A stretch of DNA of 63,618 nucleotides, counting the filler. It is 7 parts of 7 records of this genome, joined end to end, with 100 filler letters (N's around TTAATTAATTAA, not from the genome) between each part and the next. Parts side by side here need not be neighbours in the genome. Positions count along the whole stretch, not along the records: positions 41,523 to 54,367 come from DRR723986_9723; positions 54,468 to 63,618 come from DRR723986_9724; 5 more parts are not named here. One strand, given 5' to 3'. A program made the translations under genes and the position numbers. Below, one piece after another: positions 49,276-59,421 of this stretch; position 1 is the stretch's first letter; each line of letters opens with the position of its first letter. Below the pieces are notes generated by a model, which worked only from the letters and a program-made list of their open reading frames with translations, did no database searches and was not told where the DNA came from.

Positions 49276-50211
49276 ATGCCCATCAAGCTGCCCTCCGACC
49301 TGCCCGCCTTCGACGTCCTCACCCGCGAGGGCGTCATGGTGATGTCGGACGAGACGGCGGACCGGCAGGACATCCGGCCCCTGCGCATCGGCTTGCTGAA
49401 CCTGATGCCCAAGAAGATCCAGACCGAGAACCAGTTCGCCCGGCTGATCGGCGCGACCCCCCTGCAGATCGAGCTGTCGCTCATCCGCATGAGCGAGCAT
49501 CAGACCAAGAACACCGCCGCCGAACACATGGAGACCTTCTATCGCCCCTTCGCCGAAGTGGCGGATACGGGCGAGAAATTCGACGGGCTTATCATCACCG
49601 GCGCGCCGATCGAGCACCTCGCCTTCGAGGAGGTCACGTATTGGGACGAGCTGCGGCAGGTGTTCGACTGGACGCAGGGACATGTGCAATCCACCTTCGG
49701 CGTCTGCTGGGGCGGCATGGCGATGATCCATCATTTTCACGGCGTGCAGAAATACATGCTGGACGCCAAGGCCTTTGGGGCCGTGCGGCACCGCAACTGC
49801 GATCCCGCCTCGCCTTACCTGCGGGGCTTCTCGGACGACATGGTGATCCCGGTCTCGCGCTGGACCGAGCTGAAGCGCCAGGAGATCGAGGCCGCGGGGC
49901 TGAAGATCCTGATCGACAGCGACGAGACCGGCCCCTGTCTGGTTGAGGACCCCGGCCACCGCGCGCTCTATATCTTCAACCATCTGGAGTACGACTCCGG
50001 CACGCTGAAGGAAGAATACGACCGCGACGTGGCCTCGGGCAAACCGATCAACGTGCCCGCGAACTACTACCCCGGCGACGACCCGTCCAAGCCGCCGCAG
50101 AACCGCTGGCGCAGCCACGCGCATCTGCTTTACGGCAACTGGATCAACCAGATCTACCAGTCGACGCCCTACGACCTTGCCCGCATCGGGCTGGAAGAGG
50201 CCGTGGCGTGA
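49276..50211 (+). CDS. metA: Homoserine O-acyltransferase
   Basis: MPIKLP, QDIRPL, LLNLMP, ITGAPIE, CWG, HLEYD, WRSHA. Confidence 0.95.
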   Translation: MPIKLPSDLPAFDVLTREGVMVMSDETADRQDIRPLRIGLLNLMPKKIQTENQFARLIGATPLQIELSLIRMSEHQTKNTAAEHMETFYRPFAEVADTGEKFDGLIITGAPIEHLAFEEVTYWDELRQVFDWTQGHVQSTFGVCWGGMAMIHHFHGVQKYMLDAKAFGAVRHRNCDPASPYLRGFSDDMVIPVSRWTELKRQEIEAAGLKILIDSDETGPCLVEDPGHRALYIFNHLEYDSGTLKEEYDRDVASGKPINVPANYYPGDDPSKPPQNRWRSHAHLLYGNWINQIYQSTPYDLARIGLEEAVA

Positions 50212-51161
50212 TGGCAAAGCTTCTGCTGGCGGCGGCTCTGCTGCTGGCGGGGCTTGTCGCCGTGACGCTCTGGCGCGCGGCGGCGCGCGAACGGGCGGCA
50301 GAGGCGGCGTATCCGCCCACCGGCGCCTTCGTCGAGGTGGACGGTGTACGGGTCCACTACGAGACGCGTGGCACGGGCCCCGACCTCGTGCTGATCCATG
50401 GCGCATCCGGCAACCTGCGCGACATGACCTTCGACCTGATGGACCGACTGGCGGAGGACTACCGCGTCACCGCCTTCGACCGCCCCGGGCTGGGCTACAC
50501 CGACCGGATCGACACCGATGGCGCCTCCATCGCCGAGCAGGCGGCGCTGCTGTCGCGGGCCGCGTCCCTGCTGGGCCTCGAGCGCCCCGTGGTCATGGGC
50601 CAGTCCTACGGCGGCGCCGTGGCGCTGGCCTGGGCGGTGAACCACCCCGAGACGCTCTCGGCCCTCGCGCTGGTGGCGGCGCCGTCCTATCCGTGGGAGG
50701 GCGGTCTGCCGACGCTCTACAAGGTGAACTCCCATCCCGTGCTCGGGCCGGTCGCGATCCCCTTCCTGACGGCCTGGGTGCCGCAATCCTACGTCGACGG
50801 CGCCGTCGCCAGCGTGTTCGAACCGCAGGACGAGCCGCCGGGCTATGCCGACCACATCGGGGCGCCCCTGACCCTGCGCCGCGCCTCGCTGCGCGAGAAC
50901 GCCCTGCAACGGGCCAGCCTCAAGGGCGAACTGGCCGCGCTGTCCCGGCGCTACGACGCGCTCACCCTGCCAATCGAGATCCTGCACGGCACCGCCGACG
51001 ACACCGTGGCGCTGTCGATCCACTCACAGCGCATGGCCCGCGACGTGGCCTCGGCCCATCTGGTAACGCTGGAGGGCATCGGCCACATGCCCCACCACGT
51101 CCGGCAGGGCGCGGTCGTCGAGGCCATCCACCGCGCCGCAGAGCGCGCCGCGCGGCGTTAG
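50208..51161 (+). CDS. Alpha/beta hydrolase
   Basis: HGASG, DRPGLG, GQSYGG nucleophile elbow, GHMPHH. Confidence 0.9.
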   Translation: MMAKLLLAAALLLAGLVAVTLWRAAARERAAEAAYPPTGAFVEVDGVRVHYETRGTGPDLVLIHGASGNLRDMTFDLMDRLAEDYRVTAFDRPGLGYTDRIDTDGASIAEQAALLSRAASLLGLERPVVMGQSYGGAVALAWAVNHPETLSALALVAAPSYPWEGGLPTLYKVNSHPVLGPVAIPFLTAWVPQSYVDGAVASVFEPQDEPPGYADHIGAPLTLRRASLRENALQRASLKGELAALSRRYDALTLPIEILHGTADDTVALSIHSQRMARDVASAHLVTLEGIGHMPHHVRQGAVVEAIHRAAERAARR

Positions 51162-51441
51162 GCCCCACCGCGCGAACCTGCGCAGGCGCTCCGACCCCGA
51201 AGCGCTGCCCCTTTCCCGCACGTCACAGGCCCCCCGTCATGGGACGGGAGCCTCGCCCTCAGGCCGACGCGAGAAGAGTGCCTACACACCCCTCCGGAGA
51301 AAGCCGCTTCCTTTGGAGGCGCGCGCGCCGATGACATGGCGGCCCCTGCAGTGATTGAACCGGGCTGGTCTTCCCGCGGATTTGCGTTAAACCCATTAAC
51401 ATCCCATATTGTCCGTCACTTGTACGGCTTGAGAGGCCCCC

Positions 51442-52311
51442 ATGACCCTGCCCTTCGACGGCGCCATCTCCAACTATTTCGAAACCGAGGCCCCGCGCGC
51501 GGTGCGCGAGGCCATCCAGCGGGCCGAAAAGGACGACGTGCTCGATCCGGCCTACCCCTATTCCGAAATGCTGTCCCGAAAGCCCTACGAGAAGGACATG
51601 GAGCAGCTGCAGATCGAACTGGTCAAGCTGCAGGCCTGGGCGAAGGAGACGGGCGCCCGCATCGCGGTGGTCTTCGAAGGCCGGGACGCCGCCGGCAAGG
51701 GGGGCACGATCAAGCGCTTCCGCATGAACCTCAATCCGCGCGGGGCGTGCGTCGTGGCGCTGTCGAAGCCCTCCGACGTCGAGGCGACGCAGTGGTACTT
51801 TCAGCGCTACATCGACCACCTGCCGGCCGGCGGCGAAATCGTCTTTTACGACCGGTCTTGGTACAACCGCGCCGTGGTCGAGAAGGTCTTCGGCTTCTGC
51901 ACCGACGACCAGCGCGCGCACTTCTTCTCGCAGACGCCCGAGTTCGAGAGGATGCTGGTGGACGAGGGCATCCACCTCTTCAAGATCTGGCTCACCGTGG
52001 GCCGGGCGGAACAGTTGCGCCGCTTTCTGAAGCGCGAGAGCGATCCCCTGAAGCACTGGAAGCTGTCGTGGATCGACGTCGCGGGGCTGAAGCGCTGGGA
52101 CGCCTATTCCGAGGCCATCGCCGAGACCTTCGAGCGCACGCATACCGAGGCGGCGCCATGGACGGTGATCCGCTCCGACGACAAGAAACGCGCGCGTCTC
52201 GAGGCGATCCGGCACCTGTTGTCCAACATCGACTACGCCCGGAAGGCGCCCAAGGCGGTCGGCCAGACCGATCCGAAGATCGTCGGCGGACCGGATCTCT
52301 GGCGTGGGTGA
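51442..52311 (+). CDS. ppk2: Polyphosphate kinase 2
   Basis: [24 protein letters not shown]. Confidence 0.95.
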   Translation: MTLPFDGAISNYFETEAPRAVREAIQRAEKDDVLDPAYPYSEMLSRKPYEKDMEQLQIELVKLQAWAKETGARIAVVFEGRDAAGKGGTIKRFRMNLNPRGACVVALSKPSDVEATQWYFQRYIDHLPAGGEIVFYDRSWYNRAVVEKVFGFCTDDQRAHFFSQTPEFERMLVDEGIHLFKIWLTVGRAEQLRRFLKRESDPLKHWKLSWIDVAGLKRWDAYSEAIAETFERTHTEAAPWTVIRSDDKKRARLEAIRHLLSNIDYARKAPKAVGQTDPKIVGGPDLWRG

Positions 52312-52325
52312 GGGTCTGACCTGAC

Positions 52326-52943
52326 ATGCCCAAGCGCGGTTATCACCACGGCAATCTGCGGCAGGCTCTGGTCGACGCCGCCTTGACCCTGATCGAAGAG
52401 AAGGGTCCGACCGGCTTCACCCTCTCCGAGGCGGCGAAGGCGGCGGGCGTCACCCCGGCGGCGGTCTACCGTCACTTCGCAGGCCGCGAGGACCTGATCG
52501 CCGAGGCCGCGCGGCAGGGCTACGAGATCTTCGCCGACGTGATGCAATATGCCTACGACAAGGGCCAGCCCTCGGCCCTGGCCGCCTTCGAGGCGACCGG
52601 GCGCGCCTATCTCGCCTTTGCGCGGCGCTACCCGGGGCATTACATCGCGATGTTCGAAAGCGGCATCTCGGTCAACCACTCGCCGGACCTTGCGGCGATC
52701 TCGGCCAAGGCGCGCGGCGTGCTGGAGCAGGCGGCGACCGATCTCTCTCAACACATCCCGCCCGAGAAACGACCGCCGCCGCAGATGTTCTCCTCGCATA
52801 TCTGGGCGCTGTCGCACGGCGTGGTGGAACTGTTTGCGCGGAACTCACCCGGAACCCGCGCGCCCTTCCCGCCCGAAGACCTGCTGGAAAGCGGGATCGG
52901 CATCTACCTGCGGGGACTTGGGCTCTTGCCGCCTGACAACTAG
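52326..52943 (+). CDS. TetR family regulator
   Basis: YHHGNLR and HTH AGVTPAAVYRHF. Confidence 0.92.
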   Translation: MPKRGYHHGNLRQALVDAALTLIEEKGPTGFTLSEAAKAAGVTPAAVYRHFAGREDLIAEAARQGYEIFADVMQYAYDKGQPSALAAFEATGRAYLAFARRYPGHYIAMFESGISVNHSPDLAAISAKARGVLEQAATDLSQHIPPEKRPPPQMFSSHIWALSHGVVELFARNSPGTRAPFPPEDLLESGIGIYLRGLGLLPPDN

Positions 52944-53040
52944 CAATGGCTGACGCGGGTGGTTGCGCGCCGGTCGCGACAGCGGCCCGCCCCCGCCGCG
53001 CGGGGACGGCGGGCCTGACAAAGCCCGGCGTGCGGGTCCG

Positions 53041-54192
53041 TCAGCGTGCCAGCGTCCGCCGGATCGTCTCTTCCAGCCGCTCCAGCAATGCGGCATTGTC
53101 GAAACGCGCCACCGCCTCTTGCCGGGCGCGTTCCGCCATTTCGGCTCGGCGCGCATCGGGCAGCGCCAAGGCCTCGGCCAAGGCTGCGGTATAGCCGGCC
53201 TCATCATGCTCAGGCACGAGGAAGCCGGTCTGCCCCTCGGCAATCGCCTCGGGGATGCCCGCATGCCGCGTGGAGACGGTGACGCAGCCCGCCGACATCG
53301 CCTCCTGGATGGAGGTGGGCAGCCCCTCGGTGTTGCCGTTCCGTGCTGTCACCGAGTGCTGCGCATAGATTGCCGCCCGCGCCAGATGCGCACGCACCTC
53401 GTCATGGGGCAGCGCCCCGGGCAGCGAGACCCGATCGCCAAGCCCCCTCTCGGCCACCAGCGCCTTGGCGGCCTCGTACAGCTCGCCATCGCCGATCAGG
53501 GTCAGACGCGCCTCGGGATGCGCCTTCGAGGCCTCGGCAAAGGCGCGGATGGTCAGAAGCGGGCTCTTCTTCTCGACGAAGCGTCCGATCCCCAGCACCG
53601 AGCCCGGGACCTTGTCACCGGGCAGGAAGCGCCGCACGTCCACGCCCGAGGGGATGACATGCGCGTTGGGATGGGTCACGCCGACCGAAGCGAGGTTGTC
53701 GAGCAGGAATTGCGAAACGGCGAAGATGCCCGCAAGACGCGGCATCATGCGGGCGTAAGCCTTTTGCACATGGGCGTGGCGAAGCCGCGACGAGGCATCA
53801 GAGCCGCGGAAGTAGCAGAACATCGGGATGCCCGCCGCATTGGCGACGGGCGCCAGCGCCACCCCCTGCGGGCCGAACTCGGCAAGGATCACGTCGGGCT
53901 GGTGCCGCTCGAGAAAGGCCAAGGCGTCACGCCGCGCCCTGCCCCATGGCATCCGGCTGGAGCCGTGGCGCAGATGGTTCAGCCCCTTGGCGAAGGGCTT
54001 CGACAACCGCTCCGGCAGACCGCGCCGGGTCGCGTCTTCCCCGACCGCGAGAAAGCGACCGTCCTCGGGCGCCTCCGGAGTCAGGCGGTCGGCGATCACG
54101 CAGGCGGCGCCACCGTAGAGATGCTGGATATGGCGGTTCACGAAGGTCTGCCCGGGGGACAGGTAGGTTCCGACGACGATGCAGGCTTTCAT
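53041..54192 (-). CDS. GT4 glycosyltransferase (WcaL-like)
   Basis: GRFVEKK, EGLPTSIQEAM (EX7E), HAGIPE. Confidence 0.88.
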   Translation of the reverse strand: MKACIVVGTYLSPGQTFVNRHIQHLYGGAACVIADRLTPEAPEDGRFLAVGEDATRRGLPERLSKPFAKGLNHLRHGSSRMPWGRARRDALAFLERHQPDVILAEFGPQGVALAPVANAAGIPMFCYFRGSDASSRLRHAHVQKAYARMMPRLAGIFAVSQFLLDNLASVGVTHPNAHVIPSGVDVRRFLPGDKVPGSVLGIGRFVEKKSPLLTIRAFAEASKAHPEARLTLIGDGELYEAAKALVAERGLGDRVSLPGALPHDEVRAHLARAAIYAQHSVTARNGNTEGLPTSIQEAMSAGCVTVSTRHAGIPEAIAEGQTGFLVPEHDEAGYTAALAEALALPDARRAEMAERARQEAVARFDNAALLERLEETIRRTLAR

Positions 54193-54270
54193 CCCGGGGC
54201 ACTCTCCAAAACTTCGGCCTCCGGTCTAGTTGAGGCCTGCGCCAAGGTCCAGACACCCGCCGGGGCCATG

Positions 54271-54300
54271 AAAAAGGCCGCCCCGATCCGGGACGGCCCT
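54271..54300 (-). terminator. rpsI terminator
   Basis: Minus strand GGCCGTCCCGGATCGGGGCGGCC-TTTTT. Confidence 0.7.
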
Positions 54301-54339
54301 GTCTGTACGCGGGATGGGCGTGCAGCCCACCCGGGACGC

Positions 54340-54367
54340 TTAGCGCTTCGAGAACTGGAAGCTGCGG
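54340..54367 (-). CDS. rpsI: 30S ribosomal protein S9, last codons only
   Basis: Minus strand reads RSFQFSKR-stop, the conserved S9 C-terminus. Confidence 0.85.
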
Positions 54368-54467
54368 NNNNNNNNNNNNNNNNNNNNNNNNNNNNNNNNN
54401 NNNNNNNNNNNTTAATTAATTAANNNNNNNNNNNNNNNNNNNNNNNNNNNNNNNNNNNNNNNNNNNN
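54368..54467. other. Artificial linker
   Basis: N44-TTAATTAATTAA-N44. Confidence 0.97.
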
Positions 54468-54647
54468 CGGATACCACTTCATCAGCTTCATCGCGGCGGC
54501 GAAGGGCACGTCGACGCCACCCGTGCCCCAAAGCAGCAGCCCCGCCACCGCGCCGACGAAGCCGATGGCCCCGAAGACCCGCTGCCCGGTCAGCAGCATC
54601 AGCATCATGCCCGAGAACATGGTGAGGGCGATCAGTTCCTGGCTCAT
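54468..54647 (-). CDS. TRAP transporter large permease (N-terminus only)
   Basis: MSQELIALTMF...LLTGQRVFGAIGFVG; coupled to the small subunit. Confidence 0.8.
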
Positions 54648-55243
54648 CAAATCTCTTCCCCGCGGATGCGGCCGATGTCGCGGATCAGTTCCGCAAGGCA
54701 TTGCAGGAGCATCAGGAAGACGCCAGCGGCGAGGATCAGCTTGACCGGCCACATCACCGGACGCCACGCGGTCGAGGACCGTTCGAGGAAGCCCAGTTTC
54801 TCGCCCGCCGCGTCGAAGCCGCCGGTGAAGAGCGCGCCGAAGAACTCGGCGAAATACTCCAGCGGCTGCATCCCGAAGTAGCCCATGGAATAGGCCAGCG
54901 ATCCCAGCGCGCCGTAAAGCAGCACGCCGAGATAGAACATCAGGAAGAAGACGGTGAAGGCGTCCATCCACGCTTTCTGCTTCACCGTCCAATTGCCGTA
55001 GAACAGGTCCATCCGCACGTTCGACCCCAGCTGGATCGAGTAGGGCCCGCCAAGGATGTAATAGGCGACCATGACGAATTGCGCGGTCTCGAGCGTCCAG
55101 AGCGAGGGCAGGAAGGCCACCTTGGACACCGACGACCAGAGCAGCACGCCGATCAGCACGAAGATGCCGTACATGGCGATGCGCCCGATGAAACGGTTCA
55201 TGGCGTCGACGCCGTGGACGAAGCCGGTGGCGAGCCTAGGCAT
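54647..55243 (-). CDS. TRAP transporter small permease (DctQ-like)
   Basis: WTLETAQF, NVRMDLFY, WPVK, LLQ. Confidence 0.85.
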   Translation of the reverse strand: MPRLATGFVHGVDAMNRFIGRIAMYGIFVLIGVLLWSSVSKVAFLPSLWTLETAQFVMVAYYILGGPYSIQLGSNVRMDLFYGNWTVKQKAWMDAFTVFFLMFYLGVLLYGALGSLAYSMGYFGMQPLEYFAEFFGALFTGGFDAAGEKLGFLERSSTAWRPVMWPVKLILAAGVFLMLLQCLAELIRDIGRIRGEEI

Positions 55244-55979
55244 CCAGAACCTCCGAAAGCGCGGGCGTCAGCATGGCCATCAGGTCCATCGCGATTGTCT
55301 GGATGTCCTTGGGTGTGGACAGCAGGTCGTTGCGGACCTCGATCATGGCATTGGGCAGCCCCTTGCCGTGAAGCTGCAAGGAATGCGTCACCCCGTCCTC
55401 GGGGCCGTAGGGGCGGTTGCGGTGGACCACGCGGCCCTTCGGCGCGTGCGGCAGCATGGCATCCACCAGCCGCGAATCGCTGTCGTGCAGCAGTCCGATT
55501 TCCGTGTCGCGCGGCGCACCATGCCATGTCGGAGAGAAACTGTGCACCGTCACCAGCGCCTTTGGCGCGCGGCCAAGCTGCGCCTGAACGGCGGTCACGA
55601 AGGGCGCATAGACAGAGGCGACGCGCTCGGCCCTTTGCTCTGCCGAAAGGTCGGCGTTGCCCGGAACCTCGACCACTTCGGAGCGCGGCGGCATGGCGGT
55701 CGGGGAAGAGGGCGGGCGGTTGCAGTCGTAGACCAGCCGCGACACGGCGCCGGCCACGAGCGGCGCGTTCAGCGCCGCCGACAGCACCTGCGCCAGCGCC
55801 AGCGCGCCCGGGTCCCATGCGGCGTGGCTGTCGCGCCATTCCTCGCGCAGGCCCAGACCGGCGTAGCGCGCGGGAATATGCGCCGATGCATGTTCGCACA
55901 GCAAAAGCACGCCGCCCTTGCCGCCTTGATTGATCACGCGGACCGCATCGTCGCGGCCGTCGTCATCGCCTTCGAACAT
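55236..55979 (-). CDS. N-formylglutamate amidohydrolase family protein
   Basis: CEHAS, HAAWDPGA, SRLVYDCNR, VHSFSP, MIEVRNDL. Confidence 0.9.
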   Translation of the reverse strand: MFEGDDDGRDDAVRVINQGGKGGVLLLCEHASAHIPARYAGLGLREEWRDSHAAWDPGALALAQVLSAALNAPLVAGAVSRLVYDCNRPPSSPTAMPPRSEVVEVPGNADLSAEQRAERVASVYAPFVTAVQAQLGRAPKALVTVHSFSPTWHGAPRDTEIGLLHDSDSRLVDAMLPHAPKGRVVHRNRPYGPEDGVTHSLQLHGKGLPNAMIEVRNDLLSTPKDIQTIAMDLMAMLTPALSEVLDA

Positions 55980-56112
55980 CGTCTGTCCCCCGTCGTTGAA
56001 AAAAAGTCTCCACTTCTGGTGGCGTTGTGTCAATATCTCTTCACGGGTCAGCCCGGGGGGAAACCCGGCGCATGACCCCGACCCGCCCAATATCCAGTCA
56101 CGGGGAGCCGCC

Positions 56113-56982
56113 TTGACCCAGCCAGCCGCGACCGTCCGGGAACGCATCCGTGCGCAGTACAGCGCGCTCACCGCGTCCGAACGCAAGGTCGCCCATGCCC
56201 TGCTCGAGGATTACCCGGCCGCCGGGCTAGCCAGCATCACCGTGGTGGCCGCCGGGGCGGGGGTCTCTACGCCGACGATCGCGCGGATGGTGCAGAAGCT
56301 GGGGTTCAAGGGCTTTCCGCAGTTCCATCAGGCGCTGCGCGAGGAATTGCAGGCCAAGGCGTCCGGCCCGACGGAGCGGCGCGCGGTCTGGGCGACCGAG
56401 GCGCCGGACGGCCATCCGCTGAACACCTTCGCCAAGGCGGTGACGCAGAACATCCAGAAGACCTTCGCCAATATCGGATCCGAGGGCTTCGACGCGGCGG
56501 CGGCGCTGCTGTCGGACCCGGGCCATGCGCTGTACATCGTCGGCGGACGGATCACCCATGCGCTTGCGGATTACGCCTTCACCCACATGCAGGCGGTGCG
56601 GCCGGGGGTCACGCATCTGACGTCGTCCTCGGCCACATGGCCGCATTACCTCGTCGACATGAAGGCGGGCGACGTGCTCTTGGTCTTCGACATCCGCCGC
56701 TACGAGGCGAACCTTCTGAGGCTGGCGGAGCTGGCGGCGGAGCGGGGGGTGAAGGTGGTGCTGATCACCGACCAGTGGTCCAGCCCCGTGGCCGAGATCG
56801 CCACGCAAAGCTTCACCTGCTGGGTCGAGATCCCCTCGGCATGGGATTCGAACGTCTCGACCATGATGCTGCTCGAGGCGCTGATCGCCGCCGCGCAGGA
56901 GGCGGTCTGGCCCGAGGCGAAAGAGCGCTTCGAGACGCTGGATGCGCTGTTCGAGCAGACGCGGCTGTTCCGAAAGCCCTGA
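56113..56982 (+). CDS. MurR/RpiR family regulator
   Basis: LTASERKVA, HTH GVSTPTIARMVQKLGFKGF, SIS domain; TTG start after GGGGAG. Confidence 0.9.
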   Translation: MTQPAATVRERIRAQYSALTASERKVAHALLEDYPAAGLASITVVAAGAGVSTPTIARMVQKLGFKGFPQFHQALREELQAKASGPTERRAVWATEAPDGHPLNTFAKAVTQNIQKTFANIGSEGFDAAAALLSDPGHALYIVGGRITHALADYAFTHMQAVRPGVTHLTSSSATWPHYLVDMKAGDVLLVFDIRRYEANLLRLAELAAERGVKVVLITDQWSSPVAEIATQSFTCWVEIPSAWDSNVSTMMLLEALIAAAQEAVWPEAKERFETLDALFEQTRLFRKP

Positions 56983-57103
56983 ACCGCCGGGGCGGGGTGG
57001 CGCCGCGGCGCCTGTTCCGATCGGGCCGCGCTGTTGCGGGGCAGAGGGCCGGGGCCGTCTGAACGGCCACCCTCAAGCCCCGGACCCGGCCACCGCGACG
57101 GGG

Positions 57104-57137
57104 GCAGACCCCCTTGCGCGGACCGGGCGGGGTCTGC
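57104..57137. terminator. Hairpin between convergent genes
   Basis: GCAGACCCC...GGGGTCTGC, 9-bp stem. Confidence 0.45.
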
Positions 57138-57147
57138 TTGCGCCGCT

Positions 57148-57441
57148 TCAGGCGGCGGGTTGCCAGTTCATCGTCGTGAACTCTTCGCGAAAGGCGAATC
57201 GGGCGAGGTGATTGTCGATGATCGCGCGGGCGCGGGGCAGGCTCTCGGGGCTTTCGGCCACGATCTCGATGGTCAGCCCCTCGGGGTCGGCGCGCAGGCT
57301 GGCAGGGCCGGAGGGCAGCGCCGCCGTTCCCTTTTCCGCGTCGTAGGTGACCGCGATCTTGTGTTCGAAATGCTTGCAGAGCTGTTGCAGGTATTTCGAG
57401 CCGTTGGGCGTCTCGAAGCGCCCGATTTCGTGAACCGACAT
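57148..57441 (-). CDS. DUF2218 family protein
   Basis: SKYLQQLCKHFEHK, HLARFAFRE. Confidence 0.88.
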   Translation of the reverse strand: MSVHEIGRFETPNGSKYLQQLCKHFEHKIAVTYDAEKGTAALPSGPASLRADPEGLTIEIVAESPESLPRARAIIDNHLARFAFREEFTTMNWQPAA

Positions 57442-57453
57442 GGCTGTTCCTTT

Positions 57454-57470
57454 CTGACTGTTTTTGTCAG
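57454..57470. promoter_or_regulatory. Iron-Rhodo-box-like operator
   Basis: CTGACTGTTTTTGTCAG (cTGAc-N7-gTCAg) between divergent iron-uptake genes. Confidence 0.75.
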
Positions 57471-57578
57471 AATGGGGGTTGCAGCGGTGGATTGCAATCG
57501 CTTACCAGAACTTCGACATGCGAAGCCAACCCGGGTCGGGACAGCCACGCGCGGACATATGCCCTGAAAGGAGCCTTC

Positions 57579-58484
57579 ATGCGCACCCGTCTTCTTGCCG
57601 GCCTCGCGGCCCTGACCCTTGCCTCTCCGGTCCTCGCCCAAGAGGTCACGATCCAGACCGCCACCGGCGAGGCCACCCTCGCGGCCAATCCCGAAACCAT
57701 CGCCGTCTTCGACATCGCCGCCGTCGACACGCTGACCGCGCTGGGCGTCGAGATCGCCGGCGTGCCGACGCCCATCTACCTCGACAGGCTCGCCCCCGTG
57801 GCCGAGCGGGCCGAGGTGGTCGGCACGCTCTTCGAGCCGGACTTCGAGGCGCTGGCGGTGATGCGTCCGGACCTGATCGTGGTCGGCGGGCGGTCGTCCG
57901 AACAGGCCGGCCCGGTGTCCGACATCGCGCCCGCCATCGACATGACCATCACCGGCGACGACGTGGCGGCGCAGGCCCGCGCCCGGATCGAGGCCTATGG
58001 CGCCCTCTTCGACAAGCGCGACGAGGCCGAGGCCCTGACCGCCGCGCTGGACGCCAAGGTGGCCGAGGCGAAATCGGCGGTCGCCGGCAAGGGCGCGGCG
58101 CTGATCCTGATGACCAACGGCGGCAAGATCTCCGTCTATGGCGGGGGCAGCCGGTTCGGCTGGATCCACGAGGCGCTGGAACTGCCCGAAGCGGTCGAGG
58201 GGCTGGACGTCGAAGGTCACGGCCAGCCGGTCTCCTTCGAGTTCCTCGCCGAGACCGACCCCGAGTGGCTGCTGGTCATCGACCGCGGCGCGGCCATCGG
58301 CGCCGAGGGAGAGGCCGCGGCGGCCACGCTCGACAACCCGCTGGTGGCCAAGACCACCGCCGCGCAGAAGGGCCAGATCGTCTACCTCGACGCGGCGCCG
58401 CTGTATATCGCGGCGGGGGGGGCCAATGCCATGATGCACACGCTCGACGAGATCATCGCGGCCTTCGGCGCGTCCGGCAGCTGA
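57579..58484 (+). CDS. Siderophore ABC substrate-binding protein (FatB/CeuE-like)
   Basis: Signal peptide, VGTLFEPDFE, GSRFGWIH, HGQPVSFE, IDRGAAIG. Confidence 0.92.
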   Translation: MRTRLLAGLAALTLASPVLAQEVTIQTATGEATLAANPETIAVFDIAAVDTLTALGVEIAGVPTPIYLDRLAPVAERAEVVGTLFEPDFEALAVMRPDLIVVGGRSSEQAGPVSDIAPAIDMTITGDDVAAQARARIEAYGALFDKRDEAEALTAALDAKVAEAKSAVAGKGAALILMTNGGKISVYGGGSRFGWIHEALELPEAVEGLDVEGHGQPVSFEFLAETDPEWLLVIDRGAAIGAEGEAAAATLDNPLVAKTTAAQKGQIVYLDAAPLYIAAGGANAMMHTLDEIIAAFGASGS

Positions 58485-58488
58485 TCCC

Positions 58489-59421
58489 TTGCGTCCCGGT
58501 CTCTGCATCGCCGCGCTTGTGGCGCTGGTCGTCCTCAGCCTTGCGCTGGGGGCGGCTTCGCTGTCGCAGGAGGGCGGCTGGCTGATCTGGGTCAGCCGGT
58601 TGCCGCGCACCGCCGCCGCATTGCTGGCGGGCGCCGGGCTGGCGCTGGCCGGCGTCGTGGTGCAGCAGGTGGTGCAGAACCGGCTGGTGGAACCCTCGCT
58701 GACCGGCACGCCCGAGGCGGCGATGCTGGGCCTGCTGGCGGTGACGCTGCTGGCGCCCGGCATGGCGGTGGCGGGCAAGATGCTGGTCGCCGCGGGCTCT
58801 GCGCTGGCGGGGATGCTGGGCTTTTTGGCGCTGGCCGACCGGGTGCCGCGGCAGGACCCGATGCTTTTGCCCATCGTGGGCCTTGTCTACGGCGGCATCC
58901 TCGGCGCGACGGCGACGTGGTTCGCGTGGAGCGCGGACCTGATGCAATACCTCGGCACATGGCGGCTGGGGGAGTTCTCGGGCGTGGTGCAGGGCCGCTA
59001 CGAATGGCTCTGGGCGGTGGCCGCGCTGGCGGCGCTGCTGTATGTCGTGGCGGACCGCATCACGATCCTCGGGCTGGGAGAGACGCAGGCGCGTTCTCTG
59101 GGCCTGAACTACCGGCGCACGCGAGCGCTGGGGCTGGTCGTGGTCTCCATGCTGACGGCGCTGGTGCTGGTGACGGTGGGGGTCTTCCCCTTCGTCGGGC
59201 TGGTGGCGCCGAACCTGATCTCGCGCTGGCGCGGCGACAACCTGCGCGCCAACCTTGGCGTCACGGCGCTGTTCGGCGCGGCGCTGGTGCTGGCCGCCGA
59301 CGTGCTGGGCCGCCTGATCCGCTACCCCTACGAGATTCCGGCGGCGACGATCTTCGCGGTCTTCGGCGCGGGGGTCTTCCTGTGGCTCTTGCACGCAAGA
59401 CCGGGGCGGGCGCATGGCTGA
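58489..59421 (+). CDS. Iron-chelate ABC permease (FatD/CeuB-like)
   Basis: SRLPRT, QNRLVEPS, PFVGLVAPN, YPYEIP. Confidence 0.9.
   Translation: MRPGLCIAALVALVVLSLALGAASLSQEGGWLIWVSRLPRTAAALLAGAGLALAGVVVQQVVQNRLVEPSLTGTPEAAMLGLLAVTLLAPGMAVAGKMLVAAGSALAGMLGFLALADRVPRQDPMLLPIVGLVYGGILGATATWFAWSADLMQYLGTWRLGEFSGVVQGRYEWLWAVAALAALLYVVADRITILGLGETQARSLGLNYRRTRALGLVVVSMLTALVLVTVGVFPFVGLVAPNLISRWRGDNLRANLGVTALFGAALVLAADVLGRLIRYPYEIPAATIFAVFGAGVFLWLLHARPGRAHG

Noticed and set aside
51387-51400. CtrA box upstream of ppk2 (TTAA-ACCCA-TTAAC)
   Set aside because: The spacing is 5 nt, not the 7 nt of a full CtrA site.
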